The notes beneath the pieces were generated by a model, which saw nothing but the letters and a program-made list of their open reading frames with translations, did not search any database and was not told the DNA's origin. Of a stretch of DNA of 64,000 nucleotides, positions 43,235-53,295 are shown one piece after another; within the stretch, counting starts at the first letter, position 1; every line of letters starts with the position of its first letter. A program made the translations under genes and the position numbers. This stretch comes from Candidatus Brocadiia bacterium. GTDB taxonomy: Bacteria; Planctomycetota; Brocadiia; CAIUPP01. The stretch is taken from assembly GCA_050015075.1 (NCBI GenBank), contig JBEKCB010000002.1:96001-160000 (forward strand), written 5' to 3'.

Positions 43235-44440
43235 GTGGCCGCGCGCGATTCCACCCGCCGGACGCTCGCCTGCCGCCTGACGCCCGTCGGCGAAGGCGGC
43301 ATCAGCCTGATTGAACTCTCCGGCCCCGACTCCGTCGCCATCCTCGACCGCCTGTTCCAGAACCCGCGCGGAGTGCGCGTGGCGCAAATGGAGCCGGGCC
43401 GGCTGCTCTACGGCCGTCTCGTCCGCGACGGCGTTCCGCTCGACGAAGTGCTGCTCGAATGCGTTCAGACCGGACAACGCGGCGTCTTCGTCATCAACTG
43501 CCACGGCGGCGCGCTCGCCTCGCAGCGAACGATGGCCGCGCTCACCGCCGCAGGCGCGCGGGCGGCGCGGGAGAAGGAATTCCTCGCCCGGCAGCGGCGG
43601 CTCGGGCTGCTGGACCGAATCCAGGAAGAAGCCGCGCAGCGAATCCCGCGCGCCCTCACGCTCCGTGCGGCGCAAATGCTGGTCGCCCAGCACGAAGGCG
43701 CGCTCGCGGCGGTGCGCGGCGAACTGCTCCGGCGGGCGGATTTGCGGCCGCCCGACTGGCCCTGGATCGAGGAACGGCTACTGCGACTCCTCGCGACGGC
43801 GGCTTTCGGGCGCGGCATGGTCCGGCCGCCCCGCCTCGTCATCGCCGGCCGGCCGAACGTCGGCAAGTCCACGCTGGCGAACGCCCTGCTCCGCTTCGAC
43901 CGCATGCTGGTCCACCCGGAACCGGGCACCACGCGCGACACGATCGAAGAAGGCCTTTCGCTGCGCGGCCTGCCCTTCACGCTCGTGGACACCGCCGGAC
44001 TCCGCGAGGCCGAAAGCGAAATCGAGCGCGAGGGCGTCCGCAGGGGCGCGCAGGCGCTCCGGCGCGCGGACATCGCCCTGCTGGTCTTCGACGCCTCCGC
44101 CCCGCTCCAGGAAGAGGACCGCCGCATCCTGGCGCGCGGCGGAACGCGGATGCGCCTGCCGGTGCTCAACAAGAGCGATCTGCCCGCCGCGGTCCCGGCC
44201 GGGCTGATCGAGGAAAAAACCGGCTGCCGGCCCGTGGTCGTATCCGCCGCGAGCGGCGCCGGCCTCGGCGAGCTGGAAGAGCGGATCGTCGCGGCCGCTT
44301 ATCCGCAGATGCCCGCGCAGGGCGAAGCGGTGCTCTTCACCCTCCGCCAGGAACGCCTCGTCAGGACCGCGCTCCAGGCCGCCGCCCGCAAGGACCGAGC
44401 GCGGCTCGCGGCGGCGATGGATGAGCTGTTCACGGATTGA
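43235..44440 (+). CDS. mnmE: MnmE/TrmE-like GTPase, short form lacking the C-terminal FCIGK motif
   Basis: TPVGEGGISLI.LSG, INCHGG, GRPNVGKS, PGTTRD, DTAG, NKSD, VSA. Confidence 0.7.
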   Translation: MAARDSTRRTLACRLTPVGEGGISLIELSGPDSVAILDRLFQNPRGVRVAQMEPGRLLYGRLVRDGVPLDEVLLECVQTGQRGVFVINCHGGALASQRTMAALTAAGARAAREKEFLARQRRLGLLDRIQEEAAQRIPRALTLRAAQMLVAQHEGALAAVRGELLRRADLRPPDWPWIEERLLRLLATAAFGRGMVRPPRLVIAGRPNVGKSTLANALLRFDRMLVHPEPGTTRDTIEEGLSLRGLPFTLVDTAGLREAESEIEREGVRRGAQALRRADIALLVFDASAPLQEEDRRILARGGTRMRLPVLNKSDLPAAVPAGLIEEKTGCRPVVVSAASGAGLGELEERIVAAAYPQMPAQGEAVLFTLRQERLVRTALQAAARKDRARLAAAMDELFTD

Positions 44441-44450
44441 ACACTCCTTC

Positions 44451-44607
44451 TCACCACCAAGGCGCCAAGACACCAAGAGACAACAGCTTCCACGACGGAA
44501 TACACGGAGCACACCGAATGGCTTTCCTGAACAGCTTCAGTGTCTTCCGTGTGTTCCGTGGTTGCAATATCCGTCGCCGTTCTTGGTGTCTTGGCGCCTT
44601 GGTGGTT
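44451..44607 (+). repeat. Nested periodic palindromic element, copy 3 of 3
   Basis: Aligns end to end with 10866-11022; lies between convergent genes. Confidence 0.9.
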
Positions 44608-44623
44608 AATGGGGGACGACAGA

Positions 44624-46384
44624 TTACTCGCTTCGTTCCAGCAGCGTCGCGTTCTTCGTGGATTTCTCCTCCGCCGGCGACAGGTTCTCGAACTCCTTGC
44701 AGCGGACGGCGTACTTCGCCTCGGCCAGCACTTGCGGCAGCGCGCGCGAGTAGACGATCCGGTAACGCGCGGGCCGCCTGGCGACCGACGCCGGCTCGCG
44801 GTGGATATAGTAAAGCTCGGCCGCTATGCCCGTGTAAGCGCCCGTCTCTTTGTCCTCGGTGCCGGTCAGCTCGATGCACTCGCCGGGCGGCACGATCGCG
44901 TCCACCTTTCGGCCGAAGATCGGCCGGGACTGGTCCACCGCGCGGAAACTGTCGAGCGTTCCCACCATCGTCAGCGCGGCGACCGCCACGCCGCACATCA
45001 GCGGCGCGAGCGCCGGCCGATTCCGCAGCGTTCGGCGGAGGAGCAGCGCTCCGAAAATGATCAGCGAGCCGGTCAGCACAAGCCACGGCGGCACGGCGCG
45101 CCACATCTCCGGAGCGATCGGGCCGTCGAGCCGGAGCAGGCGGGCCGCCGCGTTCAAGAACTCCGGCGGCGCGTTCAGGGCGAGTCTCAGGCATCCCGCG
45201 AAAAGCGCCGCGGCGCCTTCCAGGAGCATCGCGACGGCGAAAGCCCCGAACAGAGCGCGCTTGAACTTGCGCGCCCATCCCGGCAAATCCTCGAGCAGCG
45301 CCTGGGCCAGCGCCACGCTGGCGAACGGCGCCACCGGCATCAGGTAGTACGTCCGCCGCGAGCCGGAGAGCGTGAAGAACAGAAAAATCGCCGCGTAGCA
45401 GAAGAACGGGAAGAGCCGCCGGCGGTCCGCTTCCTGGTCGAACATCCACAGCGCGTAGCCGCCGCGCTTCGCGGCGCGCGCGCGGACGCGGACGACCCAC
45501 AGGCCGATCGCCGCCGGCAGGAACACCGACCACGGCGTGAGCAGCTCGAACTGGTTCCAGAGGTAAAAATAGAAGGGCTCGCGATGGTCCGACGGACTGA
45601 CCGCGCGGCCCACCGACTCGCGCCACAAGCACTCCACCGGGTGCCAGCCGCCCTGCCGCGCGTGCGCGATCAGGAACGGCGGGGCGAGCGTCGCCGCGAA
45701 TACGGCGATTCCGAGCAGCACGGGAATCGGCCGCAGCCACCGGAAGCCGCGGACGAGCAGGCACCAGAGGAACGCGGCGAAGCACGGCGCCGCAAATCCC
45801 GAAAGCCCCTTCATCAGCGACGAAAGCCCCATGACCAGCCCGATGAGCGGGAAGATGAACCAGCGCGGTTTCTCGCCCGCCTCCAGCACCAGCAGCAGCG
45901 CCGCGGCGATGCCCAGCACCGTCTGCGCGTCGGCGCTCGCCTCGCGGCTGAAGTACAAAATGCGGAACATCGTCGCGTAGATGAACGCCGCCAGCGCCGC
46001 CGTCGCCGGCGAGCCGGCCGTCCGCCGCCCGATCACGTAGATCAGCAGCACCGTCAGCACGAAGCTGATCACGCTCGGCAAGCGCAGCGTGAACTCGCTC
46101 ATGGAGCCGGTGAGCTTCGAAGCCAGCAGGATCAGCCAGTAGCTCCCGAACGGCTTGTCGTCGTACGGGCGCCCGCCGATGGTCATGGAGAACAGGTTGT
46201 GCGAGGAAGCCATTTCGCGGCTGACCATCGCCCAGCGGCCTTCGGAGCCTTGCAGCGGGAAGTCGAGCTGCCAGAAGGCGAACACCAGGCCCAGCAGCAG
46301 CGCGGCGGCGAGGACGGCGCGCGCGTTGAACGGCGCGGGAGATTCGTCGGCCCGGCCGTCGAGCGGCGCAACAGGTTCAGCCAT
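44624..46384 (-). CDS. ArnT/PMT-family (GT-C) membrane glycosyltransferase
   Basis: SEGRWAMVSREM, YDDKP..YW, LRLPS, LMKG, HREPFYFYL, SRRTYYLMP. Confidence 0.85.
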   Translation of the reverse strand: MAEPVAPLDGRADESPAPFNARAVLAAALLLGLVFAFWQLDFPLQGSEGRWAMVSREMASSHNLFSMTIGGRPYDDKPFGSYWLILLASKLTGSMSEFTLRLPSVISFVLTVLLIYVIGRRTAGSPATAALAAFIYATMFRILYFSREASADAQTVLGIAAALLLVLEAGEKPRWFIFPLIGLVMGLSSLMKGLSGFAAPCFAAFLWCLLVRGFRWLRPIPVLLGIAVFAATLAPPFLIAHARQGGWHPVECLWRESVGRAVSPSDHREPFYFYLWNQFELLTPWSVFLPAAIGLWVVRVRARAAKRGGYALWMFDQEADRRRLFPFFCYAAIFLFFTLSGSRRTYYLMPVAPFASVALAQALLEDLPGWARKFKRALFGAFAVAMLLEGAAALFAGCLRLALNAPPEFLNAAARLLRLDGPIAPEMWRAVPPWLVLTGSLIIFGALLLRRTLRNRPALAPLMCGVAVAALTMVGTLDSFRAVDQSRPIFGRKVDAIVPPGECIELTGTEDKETGAYTGIAAELYYIHREPASVARRPARYRIVYSRALPQVLAEAKYAVRCKEFENLSPAEEKSTKNATLLERSE

Positions 46385-46545
46385 CGGCGCGGTGGCCCTT
46401 TCGCGGTTTCAAGCCGCCCTCGCGGCGGCTCAACTCCTGGCGCTTTTAGCACCTGCCCCGGAGAAAATCAAGGAGCGGAGGAATCGCTTGACGCGAATGG
46501 CCCCAGGCGTCAGAATACGATATTCGATGCCTGACCGTCCCGTTT

Positions 46546-46594
46546 GTAGTGGCGCCGTCAGGCGCTGCTCCGTATGCCCTTACGGGCACACTAC
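46546..46594 (+). repeat. GTAG-type REP doublet, copy 3 of 5
   Basis: GTAGTGGCGCCGTCAGGCGC..TGCCCTTACGGGCACACTAC. Confidence 0.9.
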
Positions 46595-46644
46595 GAGCAG
46601 GGAATTCCGGCCGAGATAGTGCAACGCCTTTGCGGAGGCGCGCG

Positions 46645-47733
46645 ATGTTGCAACTTGTCCTGTCTTTCGACACGGAAGACTACGTAACGCCCGAGGCGGT
46701 GGACGCCAAGAAATTCTGGGCGGAGGAGCTTTCCGCGCGCGGCCTGCGCGGGTCCTTCCAGTGCGTGGCGGAGGTCATCCGCGTCCTGCGGCGCCGCCAT
46801 CGCGAGGACGTGATCGAGGCGCTGGGGCGGCACGAGATCGGCTACCACACCAACCTGCATTCCGCGCCTCCGGTCCCGCCGCCGGCGCTCGAGGGAATCG
46901 GGCTGGCCGAGGGCATCGAGTGGGTGTTGCAGCACGAGGCGGCCGGCTGGGCGCTGGTGATGGAGACCTTCCGGCGGGTCCCGGTCAGCTACTGTCCGCC
47001 GGGCAATTCCTGGACTCCGCACGTATTACTGGCGCTCGCCGCCGCCGGAGTCAAGGTCTGGTGCGCTTCCGTGCCCGCGAAAAACCTGGGGCCCGCGTGG
47101 TACTGCGGGCTGCTGGCCATCAACTATGATCTCGCCTTCGACTCCTTCATGGGCGAGGACGCCGCCGAGGAGGAGCGCTTCAAGCGGGCGTTCGAGGACA
47201 CCCTGGCGCGAAAAGCGCAGGACGGCGTGATGGTGGTCTATACGCATCCGTCCCGGCTGGTGGCGGCGCAGTTCTGGGACACGCCGCTCTACAAAGGGGC
47301 GCATCCGCAGCCGGTGCCGCCCGCGCCGCTTCGCTCGCCCGCGCATATCCAGGTCTTGAAGGAGCGATTCCGGCGGCTGCTCGACTGGATCCGGGATAGG
47401 CGCGACGTGGAGTTCGCCGACTTCGCCACGGTCTACGCCGACCGGTCAGCGCACCGGCGGGACCTGCAATGCCTGCTCGACGAAAATAAATTGAAGCCCG
47501 GCGAAGCGGGCAAGCTGCCGCTGAGGGAGCCGGGCAGCGACTGTCCCTACGTTCAGGTTCTGAACGAATTCCGCTACGACTGGCCCCTCTATCCGGAAGG
47601 GTTCACCGGCGACAAGCTCCGCGCAATGGCGCGCGGGTTGGCCTGGAGCTATGCGGAGGCAAAACGCCGCACTTTTTGTGAAGAAAAGGAAAAGCCTCTC
47701 GCAAAGGCGCAAAGAGCGCCAAGAACAACATAA
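46645..47733 (+). CDS. Polysaccharide-deacetylase-like (NodB-fold) hypothetical protein
   Basis: LSFDTEDY, HEIGYHTNLHS, SYCPPG.SW, YTHP. Confidence 0.6.
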   Translation: MLQLVLSFDTEDYVTPEAVDAKKFWAEELSARGLRGSFQCVAEVIRVLRRRHREDVIEALGRHEIGYHTNLHSAPPVPPPALEGIGLAEGIEWVLQHEAAGWALVMETFRRVPVSYCPPGNSWTPHVLLALAAAGVKVWCASVPAKNLGPAWYCGLLAINYDLAFDSFMGEDAAEEERFKRAFEDTLARKAQDGVMVVYTHPSRLVAAQFWDTPLYKGAHPQPVPPAPLRSPAHIQVLKERFRRLLDWIRDRRDVEFADFATVYADRSAHRRDLQCLLDENKLKPGEAGKLPLREPGSDCPYVQVLNEFRYDWPLYPEGFTGDKLRAMARGLAWSYAEAKRRTFCEEKEKPLAKAQRAPRTT

Positions 47734-47778
47734 TCAGGTTGTTTTTCGTTCTTTGCGCTCTTGGCGTCTTGGCGAGAG
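47696..47778. repeat. 9-bp-period palindromic repeat
   Basis: CTCTCGCAAAGGCGCAAAGAGCGCCAAGAAC / GTTCTTTGCGCTCTTGGCGTCTTGGCGAGAG. Confidence 0.85.
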
Positions 47779-47814
47779 AATTCCTTTTGCGATTTATGAG
47801 AGAAGCTAAGGACC

Positions 47815-48891
47815 ATGCAACTCGATAAGTACCTCCAAGACCTGGAAGACCGCATTGACGAGGGCGTTGAGGACGAGCTTCTCGCGAGCTGGAAGGAGTT
47901 CACCGACAACCGCTTTCAGGGCGAGGTCTTTGTCCCGGCGCGCAGGAAAGCGGCGCCTGCGAAAGTCGCCTGGCCGAAGGTCCTGATTAATGATGCACTT
48001 GAGGACTACGACCTCATGGCGCTGGCGCAATTCGGCGACTGCTCGCAAATGCTGGAGAAGGCCGCCGGCTCCGTCATGATGGTCCGGTCCGACTACGGGA
48101 CCAGCATCCTGCCGAGCCTTTTCGGCGTCCGGCTGTTCATCATGGAGCGCGACCTGGACACGCTGCCGACCTCCATGCCGCTGCAGGATTTGGACGCCAT
48201 CCGGCGTCTCGTCGGCCGCGGCGTGCCGGAGCTTCGCCAGAGCCTCGGCGCCAAGGCGCTCGAGATGGGCAGGCGGCTCGCGGCGATCAAGGAGCGCTAC
48301 CCCAAAATCGGCAAGTACGTCCAGATCTATCACCCCGACCTGCAGGGCGCCATGGATGTCTGCGAGGTCATCTGGGGCAGCCGGCTTTTTATGGACGTCG
48401 CCGACTATCCCGACCTCGTCAAGAGCTTCCTCGACCTGATCTGCCGGACCTATATCAGCTTCCTGAGCGAGTGGCGCCGCATCGTCCCCTCGGCGACGGA
48501 CGGCTACGGTTTCCACTGGGGCCTGATGCACAAGGGCCGGATCATGCTGCGGACCGACTCGGCCATGAACTTCTCGCCCGGGATGTTCGACGAGTTCATC
48601 CGCCCCTACGAGCAGCGGCTCTTCGACGCCTTCGGCGGCGGCGCGGTCCATTTCTGCGGGCACGGCGACCATTACATCGAGAGCATGTCCGCCATGCGCG
48701 GCCTCAACGCCATCGCCATGAGCCAGCCGGAACTCAACGACATGGAGACGATCTACCGGAACACGATTGACAAAGGGATCAAGCTCATCAGCTTCGACCC
48801 CGGCTGGGCGGCCAAAGCGCTGGCTTCGGGCCGGAAACTGCGCGGACAGGTGCAGTGCTCGTCGGCGCCGACGCTCCTTAAGGATAAGTAG
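47815..48891 (+). CDS. URO-D/methyltransferase-like hypothetical protein
   Basis: DYGT.ILPSLFG, PDLQG.MD, P..V..FLD.I, SPGMFDEFIRPY, HFCG.G. Confidence 0.7.
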   Translation: MQLDKYLQDLEDRIDEGVEDELLASWKEFTDNRFQGEVFVPARRKAAPAKVAWPKVLINDALEDYDLMALAQFGDCSQMLEKAAGSVMMVRSDYGTSILPSLFGVRLFIMERDLDTLPTSMPLQDLDAIRRLVGRGVPELRQSLGAKALEMGRRLAAIKERYPKIGKYVQIYHPDLQGAMDVCEVIWGSRLFMDVADYPDLVKSFLDLICRTYISFLSEWRRIVPSATDGYGFHWGLMHKGRIMLRTDSAMNFSPGMFDEFIRPYEQRLFDAFGGGAVHFCGHGDHYIESMSAMRGLNAIAMSQPELNDMETIYRNTIDKGIKLISFDPGWAAKALASGRKLRGQVQCSSAPTLLKDK

Positions 48892-48902
48892 GAAGATCGA
48901 AA

Positions 48903-49898
48903 ATGAATCTTACTAAGATTCCGTTCGCATCAGCAATGTCCGTTGTTCTTGTGCTGGCAGGTTGCACCCACGAAACTGCGGTTGTCACGGGTTCCCAAGC
49001 TACCTCCATGACAGAGGTAAGCGGCAGCGCGGCGGATAGCTGGCCCAAACTACAAGACTTGGACCTTAATGATCGGAACTTATATTCAAGTTACTCCTTC
49101 AGGCTTCGGAAACCCCAGCCTGTCGAACCGAATGAATCGCAGCATCACAAAATTGCTCTTCCAGGGTATATATGGGCGTCAAACACGAGTCCCCAGGTTG
49201 TGTATGCAACTTATGGCGAGAAGGTGCCTGTCTTTGGCGTCTGGAACCGACATTTCTGGGTGTGTAATGGTTCGCTTCGAACGCTGACGCTGGCAGACGA
49301 TATTGGTTTTCATCTCACAGTGAAGTTTTCTATCTCTGAAAAGATTCCCAAGCATGGTATATTTACAACAGATTTCACCTGGAGGTTGCTGGGAGAATCT
49401 CCGTCAGAAGTTAACATTGATGTACCAGGTATGTTTCGCTGCCTTGTCGAGGGGGGTACGAAATCGCGGGAAGGGAATATGTTCACGGCGCGGGCGGTCA
49501 AAGGACCGAACAGAGACGTTATATTCACTGCGGTCTGCGAAGTTGGAGCAAAGGGCGGATACCCCTTCCACAGCGTTTCCTTCACTTACAAGGATGCAAA
49601 GTCAAAAGATCCTGAGTGCTACTTGCTCATGGACGAAATAGAGGTAAACAAAGCCAAGGGAGAATATTCCATGAATGACGTTGAGAGAAAGCTGCGGGAT
49701 GGCGGTTTTATAATTCGGCATATTCCCAACGCGACTGAAAATGAGCACGAAAATGAAATGGCCAGAAAAGAGATTGAGAATCTGATTGGTGAAGCAGCAT
49801 ATGCCGGCGACTCCGGTGATATTGATGCAGGAACGCTAACGACAATCAAGCGAGCCTTTTCGCGCGGGGGAATCCCTGGTGATTTCGGAAATGATTAA
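48903..49898 (+). CDS. Low-GC hypothetical lipoprotein
   Basis: Lipobox VLAGC; 331 aa open frame with AT-rich codon usage. Confidence 0.65.
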   Translation: MNLTKIPFASAMSVVLVLAGCTHETAVVTGSQATSMTEVSGSAADSWPKLQDLDLNDRNLYSSYSFRLRKPQPVEPNESQHHKIALPGYIWASNTSPQVVYATYGEKVPVFGVWNRHFWVCNGSLRTLTLADDIGFHLTVKFSISEKIPKHGIFTTDFTWRLLGESPSEVNIDVPGMFRCLVEGGTKSREGNMFTARAVKGPNRDVIFTAVCEVGAKGGYPFHSVSFTYKDAKSKDPECYLLMDEIEVNKAKGEYSMNDVERKLRDGGFIIRHIPNATENEHENEMARKEIENLIGEAAYAGDSGDIDAGTLTTIKRAFSRGGIPGDFGND

Positions 49899-50036
49899 TG
49901 GCGAAAGCCCCCACTTTTCCAAGAGTTCGCAGGAACGCGCCTGATGAACCGTTGACGGGAAAATGTGGAGCTGTTAACAAACAGCGACCAAGGGCGCAAT
50001 TTTAGGGAGCTTTGGAGATGTTGAAAAATGCTCCTT

Positions 50037-50126
50037 GTCATTCCCGCGAAGGCGGGAATCCAGACTGCTCCTTCGGCGGGCAAGGCGCGCGCCGAAACGC
50101 TGGATTCCCGCTTGCGCGGGAATGAC
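50037..50126. repeat. dRS3/CGTC-type REP pair
   Basis: GTCATTCCCGCGAAGGCGGGAATCCAG ... CTGGATTCCCGCTTGCGCGGGAATGAC. Confidence 0.88.
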
Positions 50127-50193
50127 TGAATGGCTATCCCCTATTATAAAATGGGATATACCGAATGAGAAGCTCGTTGCCGGGTGGCTACCA

Positions 50194-50466
50194 ATGCGTT
50201 GGCGGATAATTTACATCTCGGTCATCGTGTGTGTCGTACTCGCATCAATGCTCGTAGCTCTAGGCATTGTGCGTTTTGCCTTGGTCTTATGGACTTATTT
50301 TCACGGTTCTCAAAGTGGCGCTGCTTTTACGTCAGGCTTTTCGCTCGCTTACTCGGGGCTCGGTTTGGTTGCAACCGCCTGCTTTATGTATGCCTTCTTT
50401 CTTCTAATATATCCTTGGCTGAAAGGTCGAAGGCTCAAATCGGGGACGCGGACAAAAGAAAAATAA
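50194..50466 (+). CDS. Small low-GC two-TM membrane protein
   Basis: Two hydrophobic segments with basic termini; start uncertain. Confidence 0.5.
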   Translation: MRWRIIYISVIVCVVLASMLVALGIVRFALVLWTYFHGSQSGAAFTSGFSLAYSGLGLVATACFMYAFFLLIYPWLKGRRLKSGTRTKEK

Positions 50467-50663
50467 CCTGATATGATGCCTGGGTTTGATGAGGACGGAC
50501 CCCATCTTCCCGGAAAAAGGACAACTCGCAACTCTCAGCCATAAGGGAATACAATCTGGGCGCCACAAATGTGCCGTCCCTGCTATTAGAAGGATATTGA
50601 GTTACGCGTCTAACGAACTATTGACGGGAAAGAACCGCTTTTCATTTTCTACGGGAGATTCGG

Positions 50664-52697
50664 ATGCAGTACGCTATGCTTGGAAAGACCGGCCTGCGCG
50701 TTTCGCGCCTCGGCTTCGGCTGCATGCGCTTCCCGATGCGCGGGGAGCGCGTGGACCGCGAGCTGACCATTCCCCTGCTCCGCCGCGCCGTCGAGCTCGG
50801 CGTCAACTACTTCGACTCGGCGGTGGGCTATTGCAACCAGGAGAGCCAGCGCGTCATCGGCGAGGCGTTCGAGGGGATGCGCGACCGCGTGATCCTCTCC
50901 ACCAAGAACCCGTTCTACAACAAGAAGGACGAGAAAACCTGGTGGACGAACCTGGAGAATTCGCTGGAGCGCCTCCGCACCAACCACATTGACGTCTATC
51001 ACTTCCACGGGCTGAACTGGAAGGCGTTCCAGGAGCACGTGGACGGGCCCGACGGGCAGCTCCGGTGGATGCAGCGCGCGAAGGACGACGGGCGAATCCG
51101 CCACATCAGCTTCAGTTTCCACGATACGGCGGAGAACCTGAAGAAGCTCGCCGCCACGGGCTATTTCGAGTCCGTCACGCTCCAGTACAACCTCCTCGAC
51201 CGCTCGAACGAGCCGGCGTTCGAGTTCGTGGCCGACAAGTGCGGGATGGGCATTGTGGTCATGGGACCGGTCGGCGGCGGCCGGCTCGGCGGAGAGTCCG
51301 AGGAAATCCGCCGGATGATCCCGGGCGCGCGGAGCGTGCCGGAGGTCGCCCTGCGCTTCGTCCTGTCGAACCCGCACGTCACCGTCGCGCTCTCGGGCAT
51401 GTCCGACCTGCGCCAGCTCGAGGAGAACGTCCCGGTCGCGTCGCACAGGACGGCGCTCTCGGCCGGCGAGAAGCGCCGCGTCCTCTCGACGATGGGCCGG
51501 TTCAAGAAGCTCGCGGAGCTCTACTGCACCGGCTGCCGCTACTGCATGCCCTGCCCTTACGGCGTGGACATCCCCGGCAACTTCTCAGCGCTGAACCTGC
51601 AGCGGGTGTACGGTCTCAAGGAAGAGGCGCGGCGGGCCTACGCGCGCCTGTCCAGCCAGGGCCGGTACTGCATGGCGTGCGGCGCCTGCAAGTCCAAGTG
51701 CCCGCAGAAGATTGACATCGTCCGGCAACTGAAGGAGGGCGTGCGCACGCTCGACGAGGCTTACGGGCATCTCTTCGCGCGCATTCTGCCCACGGACCTG
51801 GTGAAACTGCGCGCCGGTTCCCGCAAATGGTCGGCGACCCTCGCGGGGAAACTCGACTTGCTCAACATGAGCGATAACCCGGCCGAGGCCGCGGTGTCCT
51901 TCAAGGATTCCGACGCCGTCCGCATCGTTCCGTCCGAGAGCGCGGCTGAGCTCGATTCCTTCAAGCGCAAGGTCGTCCGGCTGGAAATCGCATGCAGCGG
52001 CGGCCCGTTCTCAGGCCTTGTGGACACCGGCGCAACGGTCAAGTCGGGCAGCACGGTGGACCTGATCGGCAGGAGTTTTCACGTCGCCTTTGCGGCGCCG
52101 GCCGGCAAATCGGGCGCGCGGGCCGCGCAGCGCGGCGTGCCGATCCGGCTGGGCCTGCGGGAGCAGTTGTCGAAGGGAGCGAGCCGCATCCTCGACCACA
52201 ACAGCGCCGTCTGCCGGTTCGCTCACGACGACAAGGCGCTCTATTTTTCGGCCGCGGTGAAGAGCGATCTCCATGCGCCGGCCTCGAAGGACCGGCGGCC
52301 CGGCCAGACCGACCGCGTGACGCTCTGGATTGACGCCCGCCCGTCCGACCAGGCCGGCCGGCCCGGGCGCAGCAACAAGTTCTACGAAATCGGCTTCCTC
52401 GCGCCGGGTGACGACGCGGCGCCTTCGGTGCGGGTTTTCCAACCCTGGGGCGCGCCCGAGGACCTGGCCACCTGCAAGTCCCGCCGCATCCCGGGCGGAT
52501 ACGCCATCGAAGCCGTCCTGCCCTGGGCGCGGTTCGAGATCCCGAAGGCGAAGCGAAAACGGCTTGCCATCCAGGTCAGCCTGATCGGCCACAACCGTCT
52601 CGGCAAGCCGGCCGCCGAACTCCACTGGACCGGCGGCGACGCGGCGCATAAGCTGGAGCGGTACGGGCATCTCTTCATGTCAACTGGCGAACGTTAA
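50664..52697 (+). CDS. Aldo/keto reductase with 4Fe-4S dicluster and a C-terminal DOMON/CBM9-like extension
   Basis: LGKTGLRVSRLGFGCMR, GVNYFDSA..Y, LSTK, SFSFH, CTGCRYCMPCP, CMACGACKSKCPQ; C-terminal D..ALYF...V, GY.IEAVLPW. Confidence 0.85.
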   Translation: MQYAMLGKTGLRVSRLGFGCMRFPMRGERVDRELTIPLLRRAVELGVNYFDSAVGYCNQESQRVIGEAFEGMRDRVILSTKNPFYNKKDEKTWWTNLENSLERLRTNHIDVYHFHGLNWKAFQEHVDGPDGQLRWMQRAKDDGRIRHISFSFHDTAENLKKLAATGYFESVTLQYNLLDRSNEPAFEFVADKCGMGIVVMGPVGGGRLGGESEEIRRMIPGARSVPEVALRFVLSNPHVTVALSGMSDLRQLEENVPVASHRTALSAGEKRRVLSTMGRFKKLAELYCTGCRYCMPCPYGVDIPGNFSALNLQRVYGLKEEARRAYARLSSQGRYCMACGACKSKCPQKIDIVRQLKEGVRTLDEAYGHLFARILPTDLVKLRAGSRKWSATLAGKLDLLNMSDNPAEAAVSFKDSDAVRIVPSESAAELDSFKRKVVRLEIACSGGPFSGLVDTGATVKSGSTVDLIGRSFHVAFAAPAGKSGARAAQRGVPIRLGLREQLSKGASRILDHNSAVCRFAHDDKALYFSAAVKSDLHAPASKDRRPGQTDRVTLWIDARPSDQAGRPGRSNKFYEIGFLAPGDDAAPSVRVFQPWGAPEDLATCKSRRIPGGYAIEAVLPWARFEIPKAKRKRLAIQVSLIGHNRLGKPAAELHWTGGDAAHKLERYGHLFMSTGER

Positions 52698-52734
52698 AGG
52701 CCTGTGGCGACCGGCTGGTCCGGGAGAGGAAATC

Positions 52735-53295
52735 ATGAAGACGAAGCTCGGCGCCCTCAACTGCCTCTATCCGCTGCCCACCGTGCTCGCGGGCGCCAAC
52801 GTGGGAGGCAAGCCCAATTTCATCACCATGGCCCACGTCGGGATCATGGATCTGGGCTCCGTTTCCATGGGCATGAGCAAGGGCCACCACACCAACGCCG
52901 GCATCAAGGCGAACAAGACGTTCAGCATCAACATCCCGTCCGTCGCCCTCGTGAAGGAGACGGACTACTGCGGACTCGTCTCCGGGCGCGACGCCGATAA
53001 GGCAAAGCTCTTTGACGTTTTCTACGGCGCGCTTCGGACCGCGCCGATGATCCGGCAGTGTCCGATCTGCATGGAATGCCGGCTGATCCAGATCGTAGAT
53101 TTTCCGAAGCACGACGTCTTCGTGGGCGAGGTGGTGGAGACCTGGGCGGATGAGGCGGTCCTGACCGCCGGCAAGGTGGACCTGGCCAAAGTGCAGCCGT
53201 TCCTCTTCGACATGCCCAGCGGAGGATACTGGAAGCTCGGCGAGCGCTTCGCCGGGGCGTGGCAGGCGGGAAAAGAACTCAAGGAGAAGCCATGA
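52735..53295 (+). CDS. Flavin reductase family (flavoredoxin-like)
   Basis: LYPLPTVL, KPNFIT, FSINIPS, DYCGLVSG, APMI..CPI.MEC, FVGEV. Confidence 0.88.
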   Translation: MKTKLGALNCLYPLPTVLAGANVGGKPNFITMAHVGIMDLGSVSMGMSKGHHTNAGIKANKTFSINIPSVALVKETDYCGLVSGRDADKAKLFDVFYGALRTAPMIRQCPICMECRLIQIVDFPKHDVFVGEVVETWADEAVLTAGKVDLAKVQPFLFDMPSGGYWKLGERFAGAWQAGKELKEKP

